DNA of 64,000 bases from Candidatus Eiseniibacteriota bacterium (GTDB taxonomy: Bacteria; Eisenbacteria; RBG-16-71-46; CAVPCR01): the NCBI GenBank assembly GCA_963702435.1, contig CAVPCR010000001.1, positions 1,088,001 to 1,152,000 of the forward strand, read 5' to 3'. Both the position numbers and the translations under genes were made by a program. How positions within the stretch are numbered: position 1 is the stretch's first letter; every line of letters starts with the position of its first letter. Of the stretch, positions 17,989 to 28,903 are shown piece by piece. Below the pieces are notes generated by a model. It was given only the letters and a program-made list of their open reading frames with translations. It did not search any database and was not told where the DNA came from.

Positions 17989-18234
17989 ATGCCGTTCCTG
18001 ATCCGCATCCTGGACGGGCTCATCGAGGTGCTCGTCGTTCTCATCGTGATCGATGTCGTCGCGTCGTGGATCCCGCCGCTCGACCGGCACCCCTTGCTCC
18101 GCGAGCTCCGGCGGATCACCGGCCCCGTGCTGGCCCCTTTCCGCGCCATCGTCCCGCCGGGGCGGCTGGGGATCGACGTATCGCCGATCCTCGCCATCCT
18201 CGCTCTCCAGCTCCTCAGCCGGCTGCTTGGCTAG
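17989..18234 (+). CDS. yggT: YggT family membrane protein
   Basis: ..SWIP..LRRITGPVLAPFRAIVPP..GIDVSPILAIL motif. Confidence 0.9.
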   Translation: MPFLIRILDGLIEVLVVLIVIDVVASWIPPLDRHPLLRELRRITGPVLAPFRAIVPPGRLGIDVSPILAILALQLLSRLLG

Positions 18235-18280
18235 AAGCAGGGGTTGCCCTGCTCTGATCGCCTCGTTCCCGCCCCGCCTT

Positions 18281-18297
18281 TTTGCACTGCTTTAATG
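18281..18297 (+). promoter_or_regulatory. Putative KdpE-binding site
   Basis: TTTGCACTGCTTTAATG: a T-rich direct repeat resembling the E. coli KdpE box, upstream of the kdp operon in otherwise very GC-rich DNA. Confidence 0.55.
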
Positions 18298-18363
18298 CCC
18301 GCCGTCGCTACCGTGACGATCATAGAGGTGGATCGGGAAGGCGATCCCTGGAGGGCTGTTCAC

Positions 18364-18771
18364 ATGCATGCCATGCGTTCACTCGAGTCACGGGCCCACG
18401 CGCCGGGCGGCCTCGTCGCTTCTCGCGTTTCCCAGACCCGTCGCGGAGCGGCCCAGCTCCGGCTCCATGCGCTCCTCGACGCCTGCCTCGCCTACGAGCG
18501 CTGCCGCTTCATCCGCGGCGAGCTCGTCACGCTCCTCGCCGCCTCGAGCATCGGGGTCTGGATCACCGCAGTCCGCCCCGGGCTGTTGCCGTCATCATGG
18601 CGGTTCGGCTTCGAAGGCTTCTGGGCCATGTGCTTCCTGTGCGTGGTGGGGGCCGCGCTCGCGGAGTGGCGACGCCGCCGCGCCTGGCAGTCCATCACGA
18701 CGCGGGCGGATGCCGCTTCGATCCAGTGGCCGGGCGGCCCTGCGGACGCCGGCGGAGGTGCCCATGTCTGA
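18364..18771 (+). CDS. Hypothetical two-TM membrane protein leading the kdp operon
   Basis: GGAGGG RBS before ATG; two hydrophobic segments; its stop overlaps the next small ORF. Confidence 0.55.
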   Translation: MHAMRSLESRAHAPGGLVASRVSQTRRGAAQLRLHALLDACLAYERCRFIRGELVTLLAASSIGVWITAVRPGLLPSSWRFGFEGFWAMCFLCVVGAALAEWRRRRAWQSITTRADAASIQWPGGPADAGGGAHV

Positions 18772-18847
18772 CCTTCTCTTCCTCGGGTTGATCCTCGGAT
18801 TCTTCGCCCTCTCGTGGGGCTTCGCTGAACTCTGCGATCGCCTGTAA
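18764..18847 (+). CDS. 27-aa hydrophobic Kdp-associated peptide
   Basis: MSDLLFLGLILGFFALSWGFAELCDRL with a GGAGGT RBS, upstream of kdpF. Confidence 0.75.
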   Translation: MSDLLFLGLILGFFALSWGFAELCDRL

Positions 18848-18872
18848 TCGCCTGCAGTCGAGGGACCATCCG

Positions 18873-18962
18873 ATGACTCTCTACGCGATCGGCGCCGTCG
18901 TCGCCTGCGCGCTCCTCATCTACCTCGTGCTCGCCCTGTTGAAGCCGGAGCTGTTCTCGTGA
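18873..18962 (+). CDS. kdpF: K+-transporting ATPase subunit F
   Basis: [29 protein letters not shown] (YL..AL..PE.F motif); stop overlaps the kdpA GTG. Absent from the ORF track. Confidence 0.9.
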   Translation: MTLYAIGAVVACALLIYLVLALLKPELFS

Positions 18963-20719
18963 CCGCGAACGGGATCCTGCAGCTCGCGCTGTACCTGATC
19001 GTGCTCCTGGCTCTCGCCGGGCCGCTCGGCCGATACATGGCGCACATCTATCAAGGACAGACCGGGAAGGGACCGATCCTCGGCGGGATCGAACGTCTCA
19101 TCTACCGGCTGGCCGGCGTGCGTCCCGAGGTGGAGATGGGCTGGAAGACGTACGCGCTGGCCATGCTCGTCTTCAACTGCGCCGGCATCCTCGTGATCTA
19201 CGCGCTCCAGCGCCTGCAAGCCGTCCTGCCCTTGAACCCGCAGGGGCTTCCCGCCGTGTCGCCGGACTCCTCGTTCAACACGGCGGTCAGCTTTGGCACC
19301 AACACCAACTGGCAGGGCTACGGCGGCGAGACGACCATGAGCTACCTGACGCAGATGCTCGGGCTCACGGTGCAGAACTTCGTCTCCGCCGCGGCGGGCA
19401 TGGCGACCCTCGCCGCCTTCGTCCGCGGCCTCGCCCGGCGCTCGGCGACCACGATCGGAAACTTCTGGGTGGATCTCACTCGGAGCACGCTCTACGTGCT
19501 GCTGCCGCTCGCAATCGTGCTCGCCCTCGCCCTGATCTCCCAGGGGGTGGTCCAGACCCTGCGTCCCTATGCCGATGTCCCCTTCCTCGACGCGACGGGT
19601 CCGGGAGGCCCGGGGACTGCGGAGGAAGCCGCGCCCGGGCCGCAGACATTGGCGGTGGGGCCCGCCGCATCGCAGATCGCCATCAAGCAGCTCGGCACGA
19701 ACGGGGGCGGTTTCTTCAATGTCAACTCGGCTCACCCGTTCGAGAACCCGACGCCGCTCTCCAACTTCCTCGAGCTCGTCGCCATCCTCGTCATCTCGGC
19801 GGCCCTCTGCTACACGTTCGGGGCCATGGTCGGCGACACGCGGCAGGGCTGGGCGATCCTCACCGCGATGACGATCCTCTTCGTCGGCCTGCTCGGCGTC
19901 TGTGTCGTCGCGGAGCAGCGTGGCGCGCTCCTCGCCGGGCTGGGAGTCGATCACGAGGCGAGCGCCCTCCAGGCCGGCGGCAACATGGAGGGCAAGGAGG
20001 TCCGTTTCGGCATCGTCAACTCGGCCCTGTGGGCCACCGCCACCACCGCCGCCTCCAACGGCTCGGTGAACGCGATGCACGACTCGTTCACACCCCTCGG
20101 CGGGCTCGTGCCCTTGTGGTTGATGCAGCTCGGCGAGGTCATCTACGGCGGGGTGGGCTCAGGGCTCTACGGCATGCTCGTGTTCGCGCTGATCGCGGTC
20201 TTCGTCGCCGGACTCATGGTGGGGCGGACGCCGGAGTACCTCGGGAAGAAGATCGAGGCCTTCGAGATCAAGATGGCCGCCCTCGTCATCCTGATTCCCC
20301 CGGCCGTCGTGCTCATCGGGACCGCGATCGCGGTCAACGCCCCGGCCGGGCGGGCGACCATCTTCAATCCGGGCGCCCACGGTTTCAGCGAGGTGCTCTA
20401 CGCATTCTCGTCGGCCGGCAACAATAACGGGAGCGCCTTCGCCGGACTCGGCGCCAACACCCCCTTCTACAACACTCTGCTCGGCATCGCGATGCTCTTC
20501 GCCCGCTACTGGCTCGCGATCCCCACGCTCGCCATCGCCGGCTCGCTTGCGCGCAAGAAGGCGGTGCCGGAAGGACCGGGCACCCTGCCGACGCACACCC
20601 TGCTCTTCGTTGGCCTCCTCATCGGGGTCGTGGTCCTCGTCGGCGCGCTGACCTTTTTCCCGGCGCTCGCGCTCGGGCCCATCGTCGAGCATTTCGCGCT
20701 CATGGCATCAGGATCGTAG
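18959..20719 (+). CDS. kdpA: K+-transporting ATPase subunit A
   Basis: [44 protein letters not shown]. Confidence 0.97.
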   Translation: MTANGILQLALYLIVLLALAGPLGRYMAHIYQGQTGKGPILGGIERLIYRLAGVRPEVEMGWKTYALAMLVFNCAGILVIYALQRLQAVLPLNPQGLPAVSPDSSFNTAVSFGTNTNWQGYGGETTMSYLTQMLGLTVQNFVSAAAGMATLAAFVRGLARRSATTIGNFWVDLTRSTLYVLLPLAIVLALALISQGVVQTLRPYADVPFLDATGPGGPGTAEEAAPGPQTLAVGPAASQIAIKQLGTNGGGFFNVNSAHPFENPTPLSNFLELVAILVISAALCYTFGAMVGDTRQGWAILTAMTILFVGLLGVCVVAEQRGALLAGLGVDHEASALQAGGNMEGKEVRFGIVNSALWATATTAASNGSVNAMHDSFTPLGGLVPLWLMQLGEVIYGGVGSGLYGMLVFALIAVFVAGLMVGRTPEYLGKKIEAFEIKMAALVILIPPAVVLIGTAIAVNAPAGRATIFNPGAHGFSEVLYAFSSAGNNNGSAFAGLGANTPFYNTLLGIAMLFARYWLAIPTLAIAGSLARKKAVPEGPGTLPTHTLLFVGLLIGVVVLVGALTFFPALALGPIVEHFALMASGS

Positions 20720-20726
20720 GAGAAGC

Positions 20727-22796
20727 ATGTCCACGCCAGCCGGAACGAAGCTCTTGAGCGGCCCCATGGTCCAGCGGGCCCTGACGGACGCTCTCCGCAA
20801 ACTGCATCCGGCCGTCCAGGTCAAGAACCCGGTCATGTTCGTCGTCTACATCGGGAGCCTCCTGACCTCGGGCCTCTGGGTGCAGGCGCTACTCGGCCAG
20901 AGCGAGGAGCGACCCGGGTTCATCTTCTGGATCGCGGTCTGGCTCTGGCTCACCGTGCTCTTCGCCAGCTTCGCGGAGGCGATCGCCGAGGGTCGCGGCA
21001 AGGCCCAGGCCGAGGCGCTCCGCCGCACGCGCCGCGACATCCAGGCCAGGCGCCTATCCGAACCGGCGCGCACGGCCCGGGTCGAGTCCGTTTCGGCGAG
21101 CGCTCTCCGGAAGGGCGATCACGTGCTCGTCGAAGCCGGCGCGGTGATCCCCGGCGATGGAGAGGTGGTCCTCGGCGTTGCCTCCGTCGACGAGAGCGCG
21201 ATCACGGGCGAGAGCGCGCCGGTGATCCGCGAGAGCGGCGGCGACCGGAGCGCGGTCACCGGGGGAACGCGCGTCCTCTCCGACTGGCTCGTCATCCGCA
21301 TCGGCGCCAATCCGGGCGAGTCCTTCCTCGACCGCATGATTGCCATGGTCGAGGGCGCTAAGCGCCAGAAGACCCCGAACGAGATCGCGCTCAACATCCT
21401 ACTCGCGGGTTTCACCATCATCTTCCTGCTCGCTACGGCGACGCTGCTTCCGTTCTCGGTCTACAGCGTGGACGCTGCCGGCCAGGGCGCACCGGTGACC
21501 GTGACCGTGCTCGTGGCTCTCCTCGTCTGCCTCATCCCGACGACGATCGGTGGCCTCCTCTCCGCGATCGGCATCGCCGGCATGGACCGCATGCATCGCG
21601 CCAATGTCATCGCCATGTCGGGCCGCGCCGTCGAAGCTGCCGGCGACGTCGATGTTCTCCTCCTCGACAAGACCGGCACGATCACTCTCGGCAACCGCCA
21701 GGCCACGGCGTTCCTGCCGGCACCCGGCATCACCGAGCGCGATCTGGCGGACGCGGCCCAGCTCGCATCGCTGGCCGACGAGACTCCGGAGGGACGGAGC
21801 ATCGTCGTCCTCGCCAAGGAGAAGTACGGGATCCGGGAGCGCGATCTGCAATCGCTCGGCGCGACGTTCGTCCCGTTCACCGCGCAGACGCGGATGAGCG
21901 GCGTCGATCTGAGCGGGCGCCGCATCGTGAAGGGCGCCGCCGATGCGATCGCGGCGCATGTGAAGCAGCAGAACGGGGATCTGCCGGCGGCGGTCCGCGC
22001 CACCGTCGACGAGGTGGCCAAGCAGGGCGCGACTCCGCTCGTGGTGGCCGACGGCGCCCGGGTGCTCGGCGTGATCCAGCTCAAGGACGTCGTGAAGGGG
22101 GGCATCCGCGAGCGGTTCGGCGAGCTCCGGCGCATGGGCATCAAGACCATCATGATCACCGGCGACAACCCGCTCACCTCGGCGGCGATCGCCGCCGAGG
22201 CGGGGGTCGACGACTACCTGGCGGAGGCCACCCCGGAGACCAAGCTCCAGCTGATCCGCGACCTCCAGGCCGGCGGCCGGCTGGTGGCCATGACCGGGGA
22301 CGGCACCAACGACGCGCCGGCGCTCGCCCAGGCCGACGTCGCGGTCGCCATGAACACCGGGACGCAGGCGGCGAAGGAAGCCGGAAACATGGTCGACCTC
22401 GATTCGAATCCGACCAAGCTGATCGAGGTCGTCGAGACCGGCAAGCAGATGCTGATGACGCGCGGCGCGCTCACCACTTTTTCGCTCGCCAACGACCTGG
22501 CGAAGTACTTCGCCATCATCCCGGCGGCCTTCGCCACCACCTATCCGGTGCTCGGCGCGCTCAACATCATGCGGCTCACCACTCCGGAAAGCGCCATCCT
22601 CTCCGCCGTGATCTTCAACGCGCTCATCATCGTCGCGCTCGTCCCGCTGGCGCTCAGCGGCGTCCGCTACCGGCCGATCGGCGCGGCGCGCGTCCTCCGT
22701 CGGTTCCTCTTGCTCTACGGGGCCGGCGGTATCGCCGCACCCTTCATCGGGATCAAGGCGATCGACCTCATCCTCGCGTCCCTCGGCCTGGCGTGA
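20727..22796 (+). CDS. kdpB: K+-transporting P-type ATPase subunit B
   Basis: [31 protein letters not shown]. Confidence 0.98.
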   Translation: MSTPAGTKLLSGPMVQRALTDALRKLHPAVQVKNPVMFVVYIGSLLTSGLWVQALLGQSEERPGFIFWIAVWLWLTVLFASFAEAIAEGRGKAQAEALRRTRRDIQARRLSEPARTARVESVSASALRKGDHVLVEAGAVIPGDGEVVLGVASVDESAITGESAPVIRESGGDRSAVTGGTRVLSDWLVIRIGANPGESFLDRMIAMVEGAKRQKTPNEIALNILLAGFTIIFLLATATLLPFSVYSVDAAGQGAPVTVTVLVALLVCLIPTTIGGLLSAIGIAGMDRMHRANVIAMSGRAVEAAGDVDVLLLDKTGTITLGNRQATAFLPAPGITERDLADAAQLASLADETPEGRSIVVLAKEKYGIRERDLQSLGATFVPFTAQTRMSGVDLSGRRIVKGAADAIAAHVKQQNGDLPAAVRATVDEVAKQGATPLVVADGARVLGVIQLKDVVKGGIRERFGELRRMGIKTIMITGDNPLTSAAIAAEAGVDDYLAEATPETKLQLIRDLQAGGRLVAMTGDGTNDAPALAQADVAVAMNTGTQAAKEAGNMVDLDSNPTKLIEVVETGKQMLMTRGALTTFSLANDLAKYFAIIPAAFATTYPVLGALNIMRLTTPESAILSAVIFNALIIVALVPLALSGVRYRPIGAARVLRRFLLLYGAGGIAAPFIGIKAIDLILASLGLA

Positions 22797-22819
22797 CCGG
22801 CGAGGCGAAGGAGTCCGCC

Positions 22820-23401
22820 ATGATGAACCACTTGCGACCCGCCGCCATGACGCTGCTCATCTTCACGGTGATCACGGGGGCACTCTACCCCCTGCTAATG
22901 ACGGGCTTCGCGCAAGTCCTGTTTCCGGTGCAGGCGAACGGCAGCCTGATCGAGCGAGACGGGAAGGTCGTGGGCTCGCGCCTGATCGGCCAGGCGTTCG
23001 CGGATCCGCGGTACTTCTGGAGCCGCCTCTCGGCCACCGCCCCGCACGCCTACAACGCCGGGGCCTCGAGCGGATCCAACCTGGGGCCGCGGAACCCGGT
23101 CGCGCGCGCGGCGGCGGCGGCGCGCATCCTGGCGCTCAGAACGGCCGATCCCGGGAACATGAGCCCGGTCCCGGTCGATCTCGTCACCGCCTCGGCGAGT
23201 GGGCTCGATCCCCAGGTGAGCCCCGCGGCGGCCCTCTACCAGGTGCCGCGCGTGGCGCGCGCGCGGGGAATGGACGAGGCCGCGGTGCGCCGCCTCGTCG
23301 AGCAGCACGTCGAGGGCCGTCAGCTCGGCGTACTGGGGGAACCGCGGGTCAACGTGCTCCAGCTGAACCTGGATCTGAACGCGATGGCACCGGCGAGATG
23401 A
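22820..23401 (+). CDS. kdpC: K+-transporting ATPase subunit C
   Basis: [43 protein letters not shown]. Alternative GTG start at 22793. Confidence 0.96.
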   Translation: MMNHLRPAAMTLLIFTVITGALYPLLMTGFAQVLFPVQANGSLIERDGKVVGSRLIGQAFADPRYFWSRLSATAPHAYNAGASSGSNLGPRNPVARAAAAARILALRTADPGNMSPVPVDLVTASASGLDPQVSPAAALYQVPRVARARGMDEAAVRRLVEQHVEGRQLGVLGEPRVNVLQLNLDLNAMAPAR

Positions 23402-23457
23402 GCGTCTTCTCCTGGTGTCTTGCCGGAGCCAGCCCGCAACGGCGATAATGGCGGCCC

Positions 23458-26151
23458 ATGGCCGATCAACGTCCAAGTCCCGAAGAGATGCTCGCCCGCG
23501 CCCACGCAGACGAGGCGAAAGGCCGGCGCGGGAAGCTCCGCATTTTCTTCGGCGCGGCGCCCGGCGTCGGCAAGACCTACGCCATGCTCGAGGCGGCGCA
23601 TGCGCGGCGGGCGGAAGGGCTCGACGTCGTCATCGGCTGGCTCGAGACCCATGGCCGCCGCGAGACCGAGGCTCTCGCCGCGGGCATCGAGCACATTCCT
23701 CCCCGGCTCGTCCCCTACCGCGGTCTCACGCTCCGCGAATTCGATCTGGAGGCCGCGCTCGCCCGCCGGCCGGCGCTCCTCCTCGTGGACGAGCTCGCCC
23801 ACATGAACGCGCCCGGCTCGAAGCATGCCCGCCGCTGGCAGGATGTCGAGGAGATCCTCGATACCGGAACCGACATCTACACCACGCTCAACGTGCAACA
23901 TCTCGAGAGCATGAACGACGTGGTGGCGCAGATGAGCGGTGTGCTCGTGCGCGAGACCGTGCCCGATTCGATCTTCGAGCAGGCCGACGAGGTCGAGCTC
24001 GTGGATCTCACTCCGGACGATCTCATCAAGCGCCTGCGCGAGGGCAAGGTATACGTCCCCGAGCAGGCCGAGCGCGCCATCGAGAAGTTCTTCCGGAAGG
24101 GCAACCTGATCGCGCTCCGCGAGCTCTCGCTGACACGGACGGCCGAGCGAGTCGACGCGCAGATGGCCCGCTGGAAGCGCGAGGAGGGCGGCACCCAGCA
24201 GTGGCCCGCGCGCGAGCGCATCCTCGTCGCCATCGGCCCGGCCCCGCAATCCGCGAACCTGATCCGCGCCGGCTATCGCATGGCCACCCGCCTCGGCGCG
24301 CCCTGGATCGTGCTGTGGGTCGAGGCGCCCAACGCACAGGATCTGCCGGCCACCGATCGCGAGCGCATCCAGCAGCACCTCACCCTCGCCGAGCAGCTCG
24401 GGGCCGAGACGACGGTGCTTGCCGGCGAGCACGTGGGCGAGGCAATTCTGCAAGTCGCCCGCCAGCGCAACGCGACGCGGATCCTCGTCGGCAAACCCAC
24501 GCACTCACGCTGGCACGATCGCCTACGCGGCTCGCTCGTGGACGACCTCGTGCGCGCCTCGGGACCGATCGACATCATCGCCACAACAGGCGAGGAGGGC
24601 ACGCCGGAGCGCCTGCGCGCGGAACCGGAACCGGCTCCGCGCCCGCTCCGCCCCTACCTCGAAGCGCTCGCCGCCGTCGGTGCGGCGACGGCGCTCTGCG
24701 CGCTCACCCGCCCGTACCTCGATCTGGCCGACAAGGCCATGATCTACCTCCTCGGCGTGCTCTTCGTCGCGAGCCGCTCCACGCGCGGGCCCGCGCTCGT
24801 CGCGAGCATCGCAAGCGTAGCGGCTCTCGACTTCTTCTTCGTGCCTCCCTTCCACACCTTCGCCGTGTCCGATGCCCGCTACGTCGTCACCTTCCTCGTC
24901 ATGCTGGTGGCCGCCATCCTCGTGAGCAGCCTGACCGTCCGGATCAGGAGCCAGGCGGAAGCCGCACGCGAACGGGAGCGGCGGACGGCAATCCTCTATG
25001 CGCTCACGCGGACGTTCGCCTTCCGCCGCGGGGCGGGCGAGATCGCCGACGCGGCGCGGCGGCATGTCGAGATCCTCTTCGATACCGAGGCCGCCGTGCT
25101 CCTGGCCGGGACCGTGGACCCGCTCACCGTGCTGGCAGGGAGCGAGCACCCGTTCGTCCACGAGGAGCGTGAACTGACCGTCGCGCAGTGGGTGCTCGAG
25201 CACGGGCGCCCTGCCGGCAACTCGACCGATACGCTGCCCAGCGCGCAGGCCCTTTACCTGCCGCTCTCCGGCGGGAAGCGCACCCTGGGCGTGCTCGCCC
25301 TCGCTCTCGGCGCCCGGCGCCGCCCGCTCACCGCCTCACAGCGGCAGTTGCTCGACGTCTTCGTGAGTCAGTCCGCGCTCGCACTCGAGCGCGCCCTCCT
25401 CGCCGACGAGACGGTCGAGGCGCGGCTCGCCGCCGAGACGGAGCGGCTCCGGAGCACGCTCCTGGCGACCATGTCGCACGACGTTCGCACGCCGATCGCC
25501 ACCATCACCGGCGCCGCGACGACGCTCCTCGATGAATCGGCGGTGCTGTCCCCCGCCGAAGAGCGAGATCTCCTCGAGACCATTCGCGAGGAGGCCGAGC
25601 GCTTGAACCGCCTGGTGCGCGATCTGCTCGATCTGAACCGGATCGAGTCCGGCGCGCTTGCCGTGCACAAGGAGTGGTGCCCGCTCGAGGACCTGGTCGG
25701 CGCCGCGCTCGCCCGGTCGGAGGAGATGCTCGCCGGCCGCGACGTCCAGGTGCACCTGCCCGAGTCCCTGCTCGGCGCCGGCGTCGATCCGGTGCTGATC
25801 GAACAGGTGCTCACGAACCTGCTCGAGAACGCCGCCAAGTACACCCCGGCGGGAAGCCCCATCGAGATCGAGGCGCACGCGGTGCCGGGTGGCATCGAGC
25901 TGAGCGTGGCCGACCGCGGGCCCGGCATTCCACCGGCCGATCTCGAGCGCGTGTTCGACAAGTTCCTGCGCCTGGCCGGAGATACCCACGTCACCGGCAC
26001 CGGCCTCGGGCTCGCCATCTGCCGCGCCATCCTGACCGCGCACGGCGGGTGGATCCGGGCCGAGAACCGGGAGGGCGGCGGCGCCTGCTTTCGCCTCTTC
26101 ATCCCGGAAGCGGGGGCCGCTCCGGCGCCCGGGCCCACGGCAGAGCCATGA
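23458..26151 (+). CDS. kdpD: Sensor histidine kinase KdpD
   Basis: GAAPGVGKTYAML, VDELAH, Usp domain, four TMs, GAF, SHDVRTP, HATPase GTGLGL. Confidence 0.97.
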   Translation: MADQRPSPEEMLARAHADEAKGRRGKLRIFFGAAPGVGKTYAMLEAAHARRAEGLDVVIGWLETHGRRETEALAAGIEHIPPRLVPYRGLTLREFDLEAALARRPALLLVDELAHMNAPGSKHARRWQDVEEILDTGTDIYTTLNVQHLESMNDVVAQMSGVLVRETVPDSIFEQADEVELVDLTPDDLIKRLREGKVYVPEQAERAIEKFFRKGNLIALRELSLTRTAERVDAQMARWKREEGGTQQWPARERILVAIGPAPQSANLIRAGYRMATRLGAPWIVLWVEAPNAQDLPATDRERIQQHLTLAEQLGAETTVLAGEHVGEAILQVARQRNATRILVGKPTHSRWHDRLRGSLVDDLVRASGPIDIIATTGEEGTPERLRAEPEPAPRPLRPYLEALAAVGAATALCALTRPYLDLADKAMIYLLGVLFVASRSTRGPALVASIASVAALDFFFVPPFHTFAVSDARYVVTFLVMLVAAILVSSLTVRIRSQAEAARERERRTAILYALTRTFAFRRGAGEIADAARRHVEILFDTEAAVLLAGTVDPLTVLAGSEHPFVHEERELTVAQWVLEHGRPAGNSTDTLPSAQALYLPLSGGKRTLGVLALALGARRRPLTASQRQLLDVFVSQSALALERALLADETVEARLAAETERLRSTLLATMSHDVRTPIATITGAATTLLDESAVLSPAEERDLLETIREEAERLNRLVRDLLDLNRIESGALAVHKEWCPLEDLVGAALARSEEMLAGRDVQVHLPESLLGAGVDPVLIEQVLTNLLENAAKYTPAGSPIEIEAHAVPGGIELSVADRGPGIPPADLERVFDKFLRLAGDTHVTGTGLGLAICRAILTAHGGWIRAENREGGGACFRLFIPEAGAAPAPGPTAEP

Positions 26152-26906
26152 GCCCGCACGCAGACGGCCCGCAGCCGGCCACGCCCGGTGCGCTCGTCCT
26201 CATCATCGATGATGAGGCGCACTTTCGCCGATTCCTGCGCCCGAGCCTGACCGCGCACGGCTATCGCGTGATCGAGGCCGCGACCGGGGACCTCGGCGTG
26301 ACGATGGCGCGCCAGCACGTCCCGGACGTGGTCCTCCTCGACCTGGGGCTCCCCGACCTCGACGGCATCGAAGTCACCCGGCGCGTCCGGCAGTGGAGTC
26401 ACGTGCCGATCGTCGTCCTCTCCGCGCGCGGTCAGGAGACCGACAAGGTGACGGCGCTCGACGCCGGGGCGGACGACTACCTGACCAAGCCCTTCGGGCT
26501 GCCCGAGCTCCTGGCCCGACTCCGGGCCGCGCTCCGCCATCGCCTGCTCAAGGCCGGCATGTCGCCGGAGAGCGAGTTCGAGAGCGGCGACCTGCGCGTC
26601 GATCTCCAGTCGCGGCAGGTATTCGCGGGCGGGGAGGAAGTCCGCCTCACCGCGATCGAGTATCGCCTGCTCGAGGTGTTGATCCAGCATGCCGGGCAGG
26701 TCGTCACCCACCGGCAGCTCCTCGACGCGGTGTGGGGACCCGGGCACGCGGAGCAGACCGAGTATCTCCGGGTCTACATGGCGCACCTGCGCCGAAAGCT
26801 CGAGGCGGACCCGTCGCGCCCGCGGGTCTTCCGCACCGAGACCGGAGTCGGCTACCGCCTCCTGACCGAGGTCGCGGCGAAACCGCGCCGGCCACGGGCG
26901 CGGTGA
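26148..26906 (+). CDS. kdpE: Response regulator KdpE (OmpR family)
   Basis: LLDLGLPDLDG, GADDYLTKPF, YLRVYMAHLRRKLE..P..TETGVGYR. Confidence 0.95.
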   Translation: MSPHADGPQPATPGALVLIIDDEAHFRRFLRPSLTAHGYRVIEAATGDLGVTMARQHVPDVVLLDLGLPDLDGIEVTRRVRQWSHVPIVVLSARGQETDKVTALDAGADDYLTKPFGLPELLARLRAALRHRLLKAGMSPESEFESGDLRVDLQSRQVFAGGEEVRLTAIEYRLLEVLIQHAGQVVTHRQLLDAVWGPGHAEQTEYLRVYMAHLRRKLEADPSRPRVFRTETGVGYRLLTEVAAKPRRPRAR

Positions 26907-27200
26907 GGGGCGAGTGGTCCGGGGCTGGGGGCGCCCCGGTGAGCCGGTGCCCGCGCCCTCCGCGTCCTGACGGATTGTCAGCCCCGGCCGGGCAGCGGCG
27001 GACAAGCGGTAGCCAGGGACCGCCGGGGGTTCCCCCGTCCCCGGCGGTCCACCGCAAGTGATTTCCCGACAGCCAGTTGACGGAACCGAGATCTGTCCTG
27101 TTTGGTCGTCTTCTTGCAGGCGTCCGTTCATTGGCCCTGTCCGTCCGGCGCGCACTGCCGCCCGCGCGAGCGCCAGAGGGGAGCGGCCGGGAGCTCGGCC

Positions 27201-28886
27201 ATGCCGCCACATCGCGAGAACGGATCCGCATCGTCCGGAGAGGACCTCCGTCGCGCGTGGAGCTCGCTCGGCGTCCGCCTCTTCCTCTGGCTCTTCGCCG
27301 CCGTCGTCATCCTCCTCGCCCTCTTCACCTACTCGAACATCCGGACCACCGCCCGGCACTCGCAGGAGCTCGTCAGCGAAGGCGCCGTTCGCGCGAGCGA
27401 TGTGCTCAAGCGCTCGACCCGGCACGCGATGCTCCTGAACCGCAAGGAGGACGTCGACGAGATCGTCACCGCGGTCGGCGAGCAGCCTGGAGTCGCCGGC
27501 GTTCGCATCTACGACAAGCGCGGGCGCATCATCGTGTCGTCCGATGCGGCCGAGGTCGGCCGGCAGGTGGACATGCAGGCCGAGGCCTGCATCATCTGCC
27601 ACGACCAGAAGGAGCCTCTGCGCTCTGTGCCGATGAGCACGCGGCAACGCGTCTACAAGCAGCCGAACGGGGAACGCATCCTCGGCCTCATCAATCCGAT
27701 CGAGAACGAGCCGGAGTGCACGAGCTGCCACGTGCATCGGCCGGAGCAGACCATCCTCGGCGTCCTCGACGTCAAGATGTCGCTCGCCACGGCCGACGCC
27801 CAGCTCGCCGCGGTCAAGAAGCGCATGCTCGCCGCCATGCTGCTAGCGGCCTTGCTCCTCGGCGCCGTGTCGGCCGCGTTCATCTACTTCATGGTGCGCC
27901 GCCCCGTGCAGCGCCTGATCGCCGGCGCACAGCGGATCAGCCAGGGCGATCTCGCCACCCGCGTGGACATCGCGACGCACGATGAGGTGGGCGAGCTGGC
28001 CACCGCCTTCAACCGCATGACCGAGAACCTCGAGCGGGCGCAGAACGAGATCACCGAGTGGTCGAACACGCTCGAGCGCAAGGTGGTCGAGAAGACCGAG
28101 GAGCTGGGCCGCGCGCAGCGACACATCCTGCACATGGAGAAGATGGCCTCGCTCGGCAAGCTCGCGGCGACCGTGGCCCACGAGCTCAACAATCCGCTCG
28201 CCGGCATCCTGACCTACGCGCGCCTGGTCGAGCGTGAGCTCGGGCGGGGCGAGGTGAACGCGGCCGAGCGCGAGGAGCTCGCGCGCTACCTGAACCTGAT
28301 CCAGAAGGAGTCCGGGCGCTGCGGCCAGATCGTCAAGAACCTCCTCCTCTTCGCCCGCCGCTCGGGCACTCGCTTCGCTCCCCATCACCTGAACGAGATC
28401 GTCGATCGGAGCCTCATGCTGGTGCAGCACCACATCCAGATGGCCGGTCTCAAGCTCGAGCAGACACGGCTCGCCGGCGACGATCAGGTGCTCTGCGACG
28501 GCGACCAGATCCAGCAGGCGCTGGTCGCTCTCCTCGTCAACGCGGTCGAAGCGATGCCCGAGAGCGGGACGCTCTCCGTACGATTGGCTCCGGCCGGCGG
28601 CGCCGAAACGGCCGACGCGACCGCCGAAATGCTGATCGAGATCGCCGACACGGGGACCGGGATCCCCGCCGACATCCTCCCCCACATCTTCGAGCCTTTC
28701 TTCACGACCAAGGAGGGTGGGAACGGCCTCGGCCTCGGCCTCGCCGTCGTCTACGGCATCATCCAGCGGCACGGCGGCCGCATCGAGGTGGATTCGCAGC
28801 CGGGTACCGGCACCACCTTCCGCATCCACCTCCTCCGCCGGCCGGTCCTGACGGAACCCGCCCTCGCGGGCGAGGGCCACGAATGA
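27201..28886 (+). CDS. Membrane histidine kinase with diheme c periplasmic sensor and HAMP domain
   Basis: Two TMs flanking CIICH and NEPECTSCH; HAMP (DEVGELATAFNRM); HELNNPL; FEPFFTTK..GLGLGL. Confidence 0.92.
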   Translation: MPPHRENGSASSGEDLRRAWSSLGVRLFLWLFAAVVILLALFTYSNIRTTARHSQELVSEGAVRASDVLKRSTRHAMLLNRKEDVDEIVTAVGEQPGVAGVRIYDKRGRIIVSSDAAEVGRQVDMQAEACIICHDQKEPLRSVPMSTRQRVYKQPNGERILGLINPIENEPECTSCHVHRPEQTILGVLDVKMSLATADAQLAAVKKRMLAAMLLAALLLGAVSAAFIYFMVRRPVQRLIAGAQRISQGDLATRVDIATHDEVGELATAFNRMTENLERAQNEITEWSNTLERKVVEKTEELGRAQRHILHMEKMASLGKLAATVAHELNNPLAGILTYARLVERELGRGEVNAAEREELARYLNLIQKESGRCGQIVKNLLLFARRSGTRFAPHHLNEIVDRSLMLVQHHIQMAGLKLEQTRLAGDDQVLCDGDQIQQALVALLVNAVEAMPESGTLSVRLAPAGGAETADATAEMLIEIADTGTGIPADILPHIFEPFFTTKEGGNGLGLGLAVVYGIIQRHGGRIEVDSQPGTGTTFRIHLLRRPVLTEPALAGEGHE

Positions 28887-28903
28887 ACACGGGCAGGTGA
28901 CCC

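Noticed and set aside
14556..18197. 1139-aa (+) and 1091-aa (-) ORFs taken at full length
   Set aside because: Each is a real gene (kinase from 15609; sigma from 15491) plus an antisense read-through of the other.
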